This document shows, in pieces, positions 24,963 through 39,375 of a DNA stretch of 64,000 bases. The stretch spans positions 52,268,001 through 52,332,000 of the forward strand of contig NC_045696.1 of assembly GCF_009834535.1 (NCBI RefSeq), in the 5' to 3' direction. The stretch is from Camelus ferus. Taxonomy: Eukaryota. Position 1 is the stretch's first letter. The number at the start of each line of letters is the position of its first letter. Below the pieces are notes generated by a model. It worked only from the letters and a program-made list of their open reading frames with translations. It made no database searches and had not been told where the DNA came from. Both the position numbers and the translations under genes were made by a program.

Positions 24963-25119
24963 AAAAGTCAATAGGAGTTGTTTTGGGAATGCAACCATAC
25001 AAAATGAAGACTTAAAGGGGATGATATTATCAGAATGAGTTAAAGTCAGACAGGGGCAAAATACAGTGTTACAGTACCTTCATCCAGGAAAGGTATTTTT
25101 AAAATATATATAGCTTTGA

Positions 25120-25280
25120 ATAGTTAAAAATCCCCAAATGAGAAATTGAAGACAACTTATAATTAGAAAGCTTTAAGGAGTAAAATAAATGTATAAAGTC
25201 ATCAAGCTAGTTCATAAGAAAGCTGGGACTAATAACTTATGACTCCCAATCCAGTGCTCTTTCTAATATAACACACTGGC
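25120..25280 (-). mobile_element. MIR fragment
   Basis: aaatgagaaattgaagac...gctgggacta...gactcccaatccagtgctctttcta. Confidence 0.6.
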
Positions 25281-25769
25281 ATAAGAGACCATGTTTGACT
25301 TAAGGCAGTAATTTAGTACACTGAAGAAGAAAAAGCAAAACAACAACAAACAAAAACAACAACAATGACAAAAAAAAAACCAAACAAGAAAAACGTGACA
25401 AAATGGAAAATCTTTCAGTCAGACTCAAGTTTTCTAACTAGCATGGCAAGGAACAGCCACAATTTAAAGATGGCTTTAACCAGAAGAGAAAAAAATAGAC
25501 AGAGATTTGAAAAGGGATGAAACTTCAGAATTAATGGGGAGTGATGAAAGGGTTCTCTGTTAGTTTTAGACCTGAGCTTTTGCCTTTAACATGCATAATA
25601 ATTCAAAGTACTTTAAAGCCTGACTGACCACACTAAATAACATAAAATTATAACCTGTTGAGATAAGGTCAATTTTATAGTCTGTGTTCTGAAATTTCTT
25701 GAATTCATTTCTAGTTACAACTGGGCAACAAGCCCATCTGTTAGTTGAGTTAATTTTATTTTTCTTACT

Positions 25770-25920
25770 GTATCTAAAAACTCTTTTCATTATAAAAAAT
25801 TTCAAGCATTAAAAAATAGTGTATAATGAATGCACTCTTGTACCCATTATACAATTTCAATAATTCCCATTTTACCTTTCATATTTTACCTATTGCCACC
25901 TCCATTCTTTTTTTTTTTAA
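25770..25920 (-). mobile_element. L1ME-type 3' end fragment
   Basis: attataaaaaatttcaagcat...gtataatgaatgcactcttgtacccatta. Confidence 0.55.
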
Positions 25921-28029
25921 CCTATAGTGATTGAACTAATTTTAGTTAAAGAACAGAACAATCTTTGGAAAAAGGAAAAAGAAAGGATGAAAGCAGTATT
26001 TTCAGTCTGTTATCCATTGAGACTTGAACCAGAAAGATTCCTGACTGTGAAGCAAATAAATACAAGAATCAAGGATAACATAGTGAAAATCTGTTAGTGA
26101 GATAGCCTATGTTATTTAACCAATGGAGCTATTGCCCATGCGGAAGGAGGACAATGAATTATTTTCCAACTTTTTTTGTTTGACACAAAGAAGTAGGGCA
26201 AAAAATATTGTAAAGCTTCATTAAGATTATAGTTTCTAAAAACAGGTTTATTTTGGAGGAACATAAGATTAATTTTATCATGTTTAAATTCACATAATCA
26301 CTAACCTTGCATTATTCCAATAAGCATCTAAAGAAAGAACAGTTTGTACTACTTGCAAAATTTCAGTATCACCAAGTCTCAGTTTATTTTGAAAGCTCAA
26401 AGTTTATTTTTACAGTAAAATATTTAATACAGTAAAAAAATTTAAAATTTCCCATTAAGTACCTTTGTGTGCTTAAGAAAGTTTTCCTAGTTTTAGATTT
26501 TTGAAACTTTAAATTAGAATATAAAGTGACTTTGTCAAGTTTAGTGATCCTTTTTATATCTTAATGAAACTGTATGTTTCTAAATCTTGGAGAATTCTTC
26601 TGCACATTTAGAATCTCACCTAAGTTTCCCGTCTAACTGTTGAAGGTAAAGACCATTAGAAGCTGGCCATTCAGCAAATGTAAGCATATCTAAAACACCT
26701 TCATTGAAAAAAAATGTGAACAATGCCCCACTGAACTGTGTCCATTTTCATCATGAAACAAAAGGCCCAGTTGAAGTTTTAAAAGCATGAATCTATATAT
26801 GAAAATACACATTCTTTGCTCCTTCTGAGCACACAATTCTACAATTGCTACATAGTCTGAGTAATATGTTTCTGTCCCTTACAGGTTATATTCCATTTTA
26901 AATACCTCAATGTCCATCCACTACTGCCAATCACCCTTTCACTAGCCTACATTCACACAGCTAGATCAATTTCCAACTACAACTTATGCCTCTAAAATTT
27001 TTCTTCTCTAAACACTGATTTCAACATCAAACACCTACTCTTGAGGCAAAAATGTATCAGTTAAAAGGTCAAGTCTGACTAATTTACCTCAAAATTCCAA
27101 TCATTGTGAAAAACATGCATGATTGTCCATAAAATTCTAACTCTTGCTCCTTTCCAAGTGATCACAGGTTAGTTCTATGTGCTGTGTCATCATACACCTC
27201 TCCCTATTGCATCCACTCCAGGTCAGTGAAGGTTCTTTCTTCTACTTTCTTAAATCTATATTCCCTTAAGATACCTGGTCAGGATACCATAGAAGAATTA
27301 GGAGACTCATATATCAGTTCTTTGTCATCATCTCAAAATTTTTGTAGGTCTCTATTTTCATTCCATCCCACAGAAACCTTTCTCCCTAACATCTGCCTTT
27401 CACATAATTTAACAAATACCAATATCTAGACTAGCATATTAATAGTTGAATATATTTTAATATAAGACTTACTAGTAAAACATATAATTATTTACCTGAT
27501 TGTACATTTTTATTTTAAAAATCAAAACAAGACACAGAGAATAGAAAACAAAAGAAGTAAGCATTCTAAAAACACAAAGGATTAAGCATGGAAACAGATT
27601 AAATTGTCAAAAGTGTGTCTTTACTAGAAACATTAAGCAGAATACTTGTCAATCCTCTGACAAATACACTACTAGACAAGCTCTGGACACCTGAAAAGGG
27701 AAAAAAGGCAAATGAGTAAGGGAGGTTCCACCAGCCAAAGCAAAATAAGACCAGAGATCTGATGCCATGTCACATATACATTCAACTTACTACTCAAAAC
27801 TGGTATCTATACATTTAATCCCCCATTTCCAAGGCAATTTTATATATTTCTTCAAGGTTATGTAGTTTGTATCTTCCATTCTCTCTTGCGATGGCTTTGA
27901 TGTTAATGTTTAACTGATTCTCGTGAATAAAAATGTTTCGCTCTAAGGCAGAACTGAGGGAAGGCTGAAGTATTTAACTATCATAAAATTAGTTCTGTTG
28001 AAGGATAACTCAGTGAAGTTTTCACAAAG

Positions 28030-28262
28030 AAACATTTCTTCATACCAACTGGACTTACCATCTGAACCCCTAATAAGTGAGCTACCAAGCTACTTAACTT
28101 CTCTCAGTCTTTGTTTTCTCATCTGTAAAATGGGGATAATAATATTAACTACCTCGTGGACTCGTAAAAAACCAATGAGTTAAAAAATGTTAAGTACTTA
28201 AACAATCTCCGGCATTTATGAATGCCATATGAAAAGGCTTAGCTAACGATGATAATAATAAT
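28030..28262 (+). mobile_element. MIR
   Basis: tacttaacttctctcagtctttgttttctcatctgtaaaatggggataataata...tacctc. Confidence 0.88.
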
Positions 28263-28669
28263 CCCTGAATGAAAGAGATTCCATGGGGTAATTTAGATTT
28301 AGATTTATTATAAACTGTTAAAACCAATGTAAGTGAATAGTATACAGTTTTTATTTTGTTAAACTAAGAAATTATGACATCAACTTGGAATCCTAAAATA
28401 AATAATCGAATTTAGAGCATCATTCAAATTGAATTAGTTTGAATAGTACAAGATTGGCGTTGTATTTTGTTGTTTTTCTGCTTTTAAGTTTCATAGGCTG
28501 GCATCATCAATAAACTGCAAGCCAAAATAAGCAGTTATTATAAAACATGTTTTGGATAAACTTGAAGATATTTTAAAAATATATATGTATTGATAAGTAG
28601 GTTGCATATAAAAATAAAGAATGAAGCATAAATTAAAATTAAGCTGGGTGGGGGATACTGACATTTAAG

Positions 28670-29450
28670 GAAAAGGTAGAATTAAAAAGATGAATTCTGG
28701 GGGACTCTCCCTACCACACATAAGGACATATTATAAAACTCTAGTAATTAAGAAAATGTATTATTGGCACAGAGCCTCATTTATATGGACTCTTGCTATA
28801 CAAGAGGTATCAGGGCAAATCACTGAGGAAAGACAAGAAAATACATTAAAAAGAGTTAGAAAATTGTGTATCCCTTTAGAAAGCAACTTAAACTTTAATC
28901 TCTACATAAGATACAGAAATCAGTTCTAGAGTAGGATTTAGTAAAAGAAGACAGAAAAAGCACTAACCATAAAAAGAAAAAAATAAGTATGATCACATAA
29001 AAATTAAGAATTTTCTTTTCATTAGAATACCCTACAGAAAATGAAACGACAAGCTACAAAGCAGGAGAAGAAACAGATTTAGTATCTAGAATATACAAAT
29101 AACTCATGCAAATTAATAGAAGACACTCATGAAAAATTAAAAGAAGAAAATGGGCAAAGGACATGAACAACTAACTATTTTACAGAAGAGGAAACACATA
29201 TACATGTTCAGTTTCATTGATAAATAAGAAAAAGCAAACTAAGGCTACAATGAGATATCAAATTTTTTAATCCATTCAGCTAGCAAAATTTAATGAATCT
29301 GACAATACCACATGTTAAAGGGAATATGGATCAACAGAGATATATTACATATTGTTAATGAGAGTGTAAATGGGTAATACTAGTTTTGGAAAAATAATTT
29401 GACAATCTCATGTAAAGTTGAAAACTTATATACCATTTCTACATTTTGGT
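28670..29450 (+). mobile_element. Old L1 (L1M) ORF2 3' fragment
   Basis: ORF 28690-28929 (GGLSLPHIRTYYKTLVIKKMYYWHR) matches L1 ORF2 [23 protein letters not shown]; further decayed ORF2 follows. Confidence 0.85.
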
Positions 29451-30142
29451 ACCTTGTTAAAATCATTACTGTATCTAAAATCTGTTACACCAATCAATCA
29501 GCAAGTATTTATTAAGCAACTTCTATGTGCAAGTGTTTGATTCATGCATAATTATTGTTATAATTAATTTGTAAAATGACAGGGGTAATATTAGAAATAT
29601 TTAACAACTGACACAGAAGGTACTAATCAAAGAAAATAAACACTGAAACAAATTGAAACATGCCATGGAAGCTTTATCAAAGGCATGCCAGCGCTGACAT
29701 GGGAATGAACTATGGAATTTGATTTGATCTCAAACTATAAATCATTAAGTTTATTTGGCCTGAAATGCTAGATAATTATCTAGAAACTTTTTAGAATGCG
29801 TACAAAATTCTGATAGCATGTGATAAAAATAAAAAAAAAAAAAAAACCCAACAATGTAAAGGAAAAAAAAAATTCCTTGGTGCCAATATTCAGAAACATC
29901 ACAAAAAGTAGCCACAATATTTTTAAACATTTTAATTTAGTTTCTTCATGTATATATATCCAGTTTCTTAATATTATTAAAAAGCATAAGTGGAATTTTG
30001 AACATGTTTTTAGTGCAATTTTCCTTTTATTGCTTGGCTCTTTGCTTCTCTCCCTCTGTTTTCTCCTATTTAAAGTAATTCATTTTCACAACTTAGTATC
30101 CACTCTTCCATATTCTTCTCCCTTTGATAACTCTACTATAAA

Positions 30143-30174
30143 GTAGATATAGATAGATAGATAGATAGATAGAT
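30143..30174. repeat. (TAGA)n microsatellite
   Basis: Seen directly. Confidence 0.9.
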
Positions 30175-32394
30175 TACATATAAACTACATATTCAGGCAT
30201 TTTGGTCATTATTTTATAAAAATTTAATAACAATACATACTTTCTATAACTTGCTCTTCTCACTCATCAACATCTATGGAAATTCTTCCAGATCACCTGA
30301 ATTCACACGCAATCACATCTTTTAATTCACATCTAATTCACATCTTTTAATTACTGCATTATAATCCATAATGTGAATTTCCATTATTTATTAACATTAT
30401 CTTATTAATGTAATTACTTTTCCCCCAGTTTTACCACTACGAAAAAACTGTAAAAACTTTGAAACCAAAAAATACATATGTCCGTAAATATCAATACTTG
30501 TGTCTCTACAGGACATATACGCAAGAATAAGATAGTTCAATCAAAGGATGTAACAGGTGTTACCAGACTGCATTTCAAAAAAGTTAAAAGCAAATCACAT
30601 TTCAACCAATAACAAGTAAGAGCTCCTTTTCTCCACATCACCACTGGCAATAAATGTTAACCCATCACACTAACAGAATTTTTAAATGCTAATAAGAAAC
30701 ATTACCTCACTGTTACTTAAACTTGAATTTGGCTAATTACTGGTGAATTTGAACATCTTCTATGTTAACCAATAGAATCTGCTTTTCTATGAATTGTCTT
30801 TTCCTTTTATGTTGGGTTGTTTCAGAACTTTTTTCTTAATATCTAAGAGGTTTTGGATAATAACCTATCACATTAATGAAAGTAAAAGTTACAAATACTT
30901 TTCCAAATCTATATTGTTAATGATGTCTATTGTATTCTTGATATAAAAGTTTTGATTTTTATGCAATCAACTATGTCAACTCTTATTTTAAACTTTCTGA
31001 GTTTTCACTCTTGGTAAAAGATTTTACAAATGGTCTCAGATTTTTTTGGCAAGTTTTTTGTTTCGTATTTTCATTTAAGCCTTTCATCTTAAACGATTTT
31101 TGTATAATGTGCAGAATGAGAATCCATTTTTTCCCACAAAATAAACTGTTAAGCCAATTTCATTAATTAAATGATTTATTATTTTCAAACTACATTGTCA
31201 TCTGTTTTAGGATTCTCTATTAATGGATCTATCTTTTCCTGTGCTATTACCATATTGTTTTGATTAGCTGGTTTTGTAATATGTTCTAGTATGTATAATG
31301 CAAATCCTTCCTCACTGATCTTTTTCATATTTTCTTCCCTTTTATTAACTCTCAATCTTCTATGTAATTTAAAAATAACATTAGCTCAAAAAAAAAAAAC
31401 TCACTGAGAATCTAATTGGAATTATATTAAATAAATACATTAACCTTGGAAAAATTAACATTTTGCTCTTGTTTCCCCATACAAGAATGTAATTTCGCAT
31501 CCTTTAATCAGATCTTATTTTATGTCTTTAAACATTACCCCTTTTTAAAATATAGGTCCTATAATATTCTTGATAATTAATAAGCATTTTATAATTTGTG
31601 TTTCTTCAGGAATTTAAACATTTTTTTTCTATTGGGGAAAAAAGTTTCCTAGATGTCTATGCATTCCAGAGAAAAGCTAATGATTTTCATCTAATTATCT
31701 TCTATTCAGCTACCTTTTTTATTTATCTTACTAATTTTTCTAGATTTTTAAATTAGAGTTCTAAAATATTTTAGGTCAGATACCAGCCAAAAAGACACTT
31801 TTAAGTTCTTCTCTACAAATGTTAGTGTCATTTATATCATTTACCTATTTGCTAATGTTAGATAATTGTGATAAATAGTTCCTTTTCTAATACCTGATAT
31901 TAATTGAAGTATTTTTAGGATTTAACCATTTCAGATTATATATTTTCTGTTGACTGCAAATGAAATACTTTATTATATTTAAGGAATCCTATTAAAGATG
32001 AATGTGTAATTTTTCTCCTTTAATTTGGTGATGTAATAAAGTATACAGATATATTTCCTGTTTTTGAATCATGCTTGAATTTCTATTATAAAGGACAAAA
32101 AAAAAAATTCCAGGTCCTAGCACATTATTATTTTGATTCATTGCTGATACTATTTGCTAAAATGTATTTTATAGACAAATTTTGCATTTATTTCATAAGT
32201 GAGATTGAATTAAAATTTATTTCTGTACAATCTTTTTCAGAGTTAGATATTAAATGAAATTAGGAAAGATTTCAATATCTAGAATACCTAGAATCTCATA
32301 GGTTTCAAATTTATTGCCAGACATTTGTATTTAGAATTCCATCTTTCAGTTTTGTCTACTTTTCCATTTCTAATTAGTATCTTTTTTTGCTTAT

Positions 32395-32950
32395 TTTTTC
32401 ATAAACTATTGAGAAAAATTCATCTAAAATAAACTTTACCATTTTAACCATTTTAAAGCAATCCTATTGAAGGTAAATGCAATCAATTAGGTTGCTTTTA
32501 GTACATTCATAAGGTTGTATAAACATCACCTACTATCTAGTTCCAGAACATTTCATCAGTGCAAAGGGAACTACTATACCCACTAAACAATCACTCCCCA
32601 TCTTCTCTTCTCCCAGCCACTGACAGCCACTAATCTACTTTCCATCTCTATGGATTTGCCCATTTTGGACATTTCATATGAATGGAACTGTACAATATGT
32701 GGTCTTTTGTGTCTAACTTCTTTCACTTAGCATGTTTTTAAGTTTCATCCAAGTTGTAGCATGTATCGATGGATAATATTCCATTGTATAGATACACCAC
32801 ACTTTTATTTATCCATTCATAGTTAAAGACGATTTGAGTTTCTTTCACTTCTTGGCTATAGTGAATAACACTGCTATGAATATTTGTGCACAAGTTTTGT
32901 GAACATATGCTTTCAATTCTCTTGCACTTCAGAATGGAATTACTGGGCTC
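32395..32950 (-). mobile_element. L1MB-type 3' end inserted into the older L1
   Basis: ccactaatctactttccatctctatggatttgcccattttggacatttcatatgaatggaa...ccaagttgtagcatgtatc. Confidence 0.85.
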
Positions 32951-35900
32951 ATTTTCTTTTTTGCTTTTTAATCTTCACAAGTTTATGTATTGTATTGGTC
33001 TTTCCAAAGATCCAGCTTTCATACTGATTTTTATTTTGTTTTCCATTTCATTAATTTCACATTTGAAAATAAAATTCCTTTTCTTGTATTCTATATCATT
33101 GTTGATCCTAATTTCTTAAAATTACTAGACTATCCTTTTATTTTCCATCTTTCTTAATAATGAAGGCATTAAGACTATCAACTTTCCTCTGACAACCCCT
33201 TTAGCTGTTTTCAACAGATTTCTGCATAAAATACTCTTTTCAATATTTCCAATGTTTTCCAAGTGACTTCCTCTTTATCCAAGAGTTATCTAGGAATGTT
33301 TTCTTTAATTTCTAAGTAGTTAATAATTTTTTGTCACCTTTTAGAAAAAGTTTTAAAATTCTAGTTACACTAGCTTATAATTAGAGATTGTGCTTGTAAA
33401 TCTCTGCTTTCTAAAATGTATAAAGTTTCCTTTGCGGCCAAGCACAGAGAAGTTTAAAAAATCTTTAAGTAACAAATTCTACAAATATATTAAGTTTTTG
33501 AATTACATTATCCCATTTCTCTTAGTCATTGTATGTATTAAACAGAGCTGCCTAGGTCTTTCTGATAGTTTTTATTTTACATACTTACCTACTATAAATA
33601 AAATTGCTTTATACAGATTTATGTGGTTTTCTTCATAAACTGTGCCTTTTATCAATACAGAGCCCCCTTTTGATATCAATGCTGTCACTCATGCTTTTCT
33701 ATTTTCCTTTCATTTGCATTTGCCTGATGTAGTTTATGTCCATCATTTTACAAACAACCTTTCTTTACCATTTTGACATAGGTGTTCCTCTTATAATTTG
33801 AGTGGCTTATGTTTTTAAATTCAATCTGACATCTGTTTTTAATGAGATAATTTAGTCCACCACATTAAACGTAATAATTGATGTGCTTAATTTTATATCT
33901 TCTAATAACTTACAATTATTTTCCATAATTGTTTCCTTGTTTTCCTTTTCCATTTTTATTTGATCAAGAGGCTCTGCATTCTATCTTCTCCTTGCTACTA
34001 TGCAAGTTCTACATGATGTTCTATTGCATAAGCCCTAACTTTCCCTACGCTAAAGAACAGATGTGTATTTCTACATACGTAAGACAATTTTTCCCCCACT
34101 AAGAGGTTCTATCCCTCACATTTCTCCTAAATAAATGAAATCTTTAGGATACATTCACTTTTCTCCCTCTTCTCTTCCTTCTTTCCTCTTATCTCCCATC
34201 ACTCATTTCCCTTCTCTTTTACATTCCTCCTGTCTATCCCCTCTGCCAACTAAGTTTTGATGAGATAATTTAATATATTAAAATTTTATTTACATAAATA
34301 TTACTCTTTTATTTCAAAAGCCTGGAATTGTGAAATTTTATTACACAATTCCTAGCCATCTACCTTTAGCTCTTAAATGAAATTACATACAACACATACA
34401 CAATTATATATAAATGTTCATAATTCACCACTATTTCCTTTCCTTTTCATCTTGAAATCTTTGTCCTAGTTCATCTGTTTGCTTATCATCTATTCTTAGG
34501 CACTTTCTCAGATAGGTTGTAATAATTATACATTCCGCATTCTTGGTTTCCCTTAAATGTATTATTTCACCATGACTAGAAAATGACAACTTTCTGGGCA
34601 CTGAAGTTTTTGAACTGTTGTCATTTCCCTTTGGAGTATGTAGATGTCATTCCACTGTCTTCTAGATTCCATAACTTGCAAATATGAAGTCCTATGATAC
34701 TTTGGTATTTTTCCCTTTTATAAGAGAAACTTGTTATTTCTACTAGGGAGCTTATATTTCAATTTATTTTGAGAGTTCATAACTTTTATCAAGACATGTC
34801 TAAGTGTATCTTTTCTTTCAATCAAGAGCATGAATCAATAAACCTTTTCAATCCAGACTCTGATCTTTCTTTATCTCAAAGCTATCCTCTATTATTGAAT
34901 TATTCTTCTCCTCCATCTGTTCTTATTTCTCCCTCTGTAATTCCTATTATTCACGTTTTGATTTCTAATCTATTCTCTAAGATTCATCCTTTTCATTCAA
35001 GATTTGTATCATATTTTATTTTTGTTTTATGAACTTTGATGTATTTCTTGCACTTGGTCTTTCAGTTCACTGATTCATATTTCAGCAGTGACCATGTTCC
35101 CCTCTGATTTTTCCACTGAGTCATTCAATTGAGATATGTTTGCCTTAGTATCTGAAATTCTTTTTTGTTCTGTATTTGACCTACCTTAAGTGCTCTTAAT
35201 TTTTTTCAAAATTTAGTTTATTCAATAAATTAAAAAAAATATTTTTGCCAATAGTACAGTTGTTTGGAAAATGTACTCTAATTTTCCTACCTAATCTTCC
35301 TCCCTCCCTCACTACTGGGTTCCCTTAAATGGATTATTTTTCATCGATAACTCACTGGATCTCAGGTCTGGTTGTTGGAGTACAACATTCTGTGGAGCCT
35401 ACACTGCTTGGAGAAAAGCAATGTAGACAAGTCTGTCAATTCTCTGCAAAGGCATGAAGAGGTAGATCTCTGTTGTCCTATCTCTCTTTCTTTTCAGCCT
35501 CAGGGACAGAGAAAATCCAGCCAGAACATTCAATTACTTTGACTTTCTAGCTAGTTGGGGAGACTTGGATATATAAAATGGGCAAATACTAATCTTCTCC
35601 CATAGTGGTTCAGACTTCTGAAGCCCAAGCTGTCCTTTATAATGTCTATCATTTTCTGATCTTTATTCTTAAATTCCAGTACTATACTCTAACTACTTGC
35701 CCAATTGAAGGCAGAAAAGTTTCAAAGCAGTATTTTTCTGCCGAAGATGTCACAGCAATTGTTCACAGATCTCAACAGCAAATTCAGAAAGATTGAGAAA
35801 GACAATCAGGAGTTGGAAGTGAAGAGGAAGATGGCCATACATAGGTCACTCTGTTTTCAGAATCCTTAATTTTAAAAATGTTGAGGGAGAATACGTATGT

Positions 35901-36984
35901 GGGTCTGGGGTTGTCTGAGACTTCATTATAATTATTTCCAAGGATCAATACTTTTCTCAGAAAGCACATTCTTGAATATATAAAAATGACAGTATGTTCT
36001 CTTCATGCTCTTAAATACAGATCCCAAAATATACTGCAGTTATTAATTTCTTAAAGTAAGCTTTAATGCAATCCCAGTGTTAATTATTCTAGGACATAAA
36101 TACCTTTTGTTTTGGAAACAACTTCAAATCAATTTGCTATAGTTTCCGTCAGTAGAAAGACAAATTATAGCTTTGGCCAATCATATAAGTTTCCCATTGT
36201 CTAACTAGCAAGCCTTATAAATATGAAAAAGCATATCATCTATTATATAGGAATCACACATGCATCTACACAGTGGTTTTCATGACACTACCCTCTATAC
36301 TGTTCAAGCCTAAATACTTTTTGCTTTCTAGAAGAGATAAGGCTATAACATCACATAACATTAAAGTGTTTCACTAGACTAGACTTCTAAACAATTTAGA
36401 TAATAAGGTAAAATAAACTAAAGCTCTGTTGTTTAATTGTGTGAAATTTTATGAACTATTTTTTTTTGTCAAGAATTAGGAAGCTCATATGAAATGCTCA
36501 AAATCTTACTACAATCTATTAAGTGCAAAAAAAAAAAAATACTCTGGGCTGTTTGTTCTACTATCCAGATAGGAATCATATAGGATATGAAATTTGGATT
36601 TCATCCTTGAATCACTAGGTAATATAATTCTGTATACTCTATTCAACACAATATCCTGAATTGACTGTAGTAGATTTGCTTTACCATTGATGGGTGATAT
36701 CTGATATATTTCTTTTCTGAATCATAGTCAGTATAAATTTTTATTGGAACGTCTGCCATGACAGATTTTCATTAAGTATCTAAAAGGATAAAAGATTATG
36801 AACATGTGCAGAAGTGTTTGGGTCTTAGAAAAGTACAGAGAAACCCTGTAATAGGTAATAAGAATTGTAATAATGCTAAATTTGAACCGATCAACTGAAA
36901 ATAAGGAATGGATAGCCAGTACAGAAGGATCAAAGTAATCTTCCTAGGACAGCTACAAATTAATCTAAACAACACCAAATCCTC

Positions 36985-37070
36985 CAATTTGCCAGGTACT
37001 ATACTAAGCACTAAGGCTTTAAAGATTAATAAAATATGGTACCTGCCCTTAAGGATCTGCAGTTGGGTAT
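36985..37070 (-). mobile_element. L2 fragment
   Basis: tgccaggtactatactaagcact...atggtacctgcccttaagg. Confidence 0.65.
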
Positions 37071-39124
37071 GGCGTAATTTTAAATGCTACCTTTCTTGAA
37101 TGATGAATGTCAGAGAATAGATGCACCCATTTTTGCATAATAAAACTCATCATTACACAAATAATAGATAGGAACAAAGGTAGGCATAACAAAAAATTAC
37201 AGAAAAATAGCAGCCATTTATTTTTGGCTTTTATACACTCTGGCAATTCACTTTATAACAACTGTTGAGACAATAATGTACAATACCTGAATCAGAAAGG
37301 CCTGGAATCCTGTTCATTTTTCTCCATACTGCTTTTAAGCTCAAATCACCCCTTCAACATATTTCCTTGTTCTCAACCCTTTGCCAGAACAAGAAAGATT
37401 ATTGAGAGAATGAATTTTCAAAGGTATTTTATCTAAGGGTCAAATATGTAAAAGGAAAGTGAGATATAAACAACATAGCTGTTAAAAGGACTAGGTATCA
37501 CAAGATGTCAAAAGAACAAGAATAAAAGATTAGTGACAACAATAAACCTGAAGAGGAAAGGTGTCATGCATAAACTGAATGATGATCATCTTCCTAACTT
37601 TGGAGTATATTGTATTAGTGATGTATCCATTTGAAACATACGAAATGATTATTGTACTATATATATTTCCTAATGTACTAGAAACAGTCTGAAGGAAACA
37701 TCAGAAATATTGTCATAAGGGAAACTGAAGACACATAAGTGAGGTATAGCTCTTCCATTATTCTTTGACTCCATTCAGATGATCCAACTCTCTCTCTAAT
37801 AGCTCAATATTATGTCTTAAAAACTTTTGAGGTCTCTAGTACCTAGTAGAAAAAGGGTATGAGTATGCATACATGGCATACATATCTGTTTGTACTTGGT
37901 TTGATGTCATTAAAATTATTTAAAATAACAAAAACTCACTTTAAAAGTTTATATAATTCCCTTTTCATCAGCTCATGCTGGCTACCGTTAATATAACCTA
38001 AACTCATGTATACTGACTTTACCTGGGCTGCTTATTTGAATCTATTACTCTGATAGAAAGGCATTTATCCTATCAAATAAAATTGAATCTTTCTTTCACT
38101 TTGGTGACAACTGAAGGAAAAGTTACAGTAACACGAGAAGTTTAGACTCTATTCCACCTTAAGCCTGGTGGAGCCTGGTCCCATGAGCATGGGGAGGAGG
38201 AGATCAAAAGCTAAATTACAACATGAAATGAAATAAAATTAAGATATAATTTGTTTTACTCATCAAATTCTCAGAAAAGCTAACAGGTGTTTTCTCATAT
38301 TTGAAAACTGGACAGCAGAGAGTAACTTATACAGTACTATAAGTGCCCACCAGGAACAATTTCAGAATGGAGCGGCACACAGTAGGTACTTGATAAATGA
38401 AAGCTGTTATCAGGTTTACCACATAGGTTTTTGTACTAAATAGCAATTCTTTGTAATGCATCTAAACATACGGCCTAATCCTAAATTAGTATTAACAATC
38501 GTGTTTTTTTGTGCCAAAACCATAGCAGTCTTTGTATCTCGGGCTCTAGGTGACCCCTATTTAAGCCAGCTATTGATTTCTGAAACATACAATGTAAGGG
38601 TGCAAACAACAAACAAAAAATGTGTGGGCCTTCCAAAGTGAGCAGGATTTTCCAAAGTTTTGAATATACTCTGTTTCTGTTCTGCCACACCCATTTTTCC
38701 TATGATCCCGGTTCTTAGTTACTCAACCTGTTAGATTTAGGTCTCCTTTCTGACCTCTACCTTCCCAGTTCTCCCAATAACTTGTGCTTCCTTTGACCTA
38801 CTCCTACTCATGATTTCCTCTGTCAGCTTTGACATCTGCTACCCAGATCCACTGTTGTCCATCCAACAAAATCAGGCAGCAGTTACCCAGTCTATCCACT
38901 GTTAAAGCCTCTTAGACAGATTCCCTCTCCACAGTTGTAATTTTAGACCAAAGAGTTAAATTTCAAAAAGAAAACTTTACCATAGCAACTGTTTCTCCCA
39001 CTTAGAGCTCTTTCACTCTGTGCCCTTCCCTGGAACCACCTCCAAATCCTTTCTTGCCTTTCTTGAAATAAGATTACCGTTACTAATCAGGACAAGCACT
39101 GAGCGAAAATGGTCCCAGAACAGA

Positions 39125-39375
39125 GGTACAATGAAGTGGTGATTAAGAGCATAGGTTCTCTGGAGTTGAACTTGAGTTTGAATTCCCAGCTGTTATATAT
39201 ACTAGCTGTGTGACTTTGAACAACTTACGTAACTTTTCTGAGTCTTAACTTGTCTTTAAAAATGACATAATAAAAGTGCTTATCTCATAGGATTATGGAA
39301 TTAACTGAAAAAATGCAGATATAACCAACGTCTGGTACAGAGTACTCTCAATAAATCTTGTTATTCTTATTACTG
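39125..39375 (+). mobile_element. Near full-length MIR
   Basis: gtggtgattaagagcatagg...tttgaattcccagc...ctagctgtgtgactttgaac...ctcaataaatcttgttattcttatta. Confidence 0.88.

Larger units (their letters stand above)
29780..35400 (-). mobile_element. Long degraded L1ME/HAL1-like LINE
   Basis: Extended T-rich reverse L1 3'UTR/ORF2-like sequence, e.g. ttacctcactgttacttaaacttgaatttggctaattactggtgaatttgaacatcttc. Boundaries approximate. Confidence 0.7.

Noticed and set aside
28690..28929. 79-aa ORF with protein-like sequence
   Set aside because: It is an L1 ORF2 remnant.
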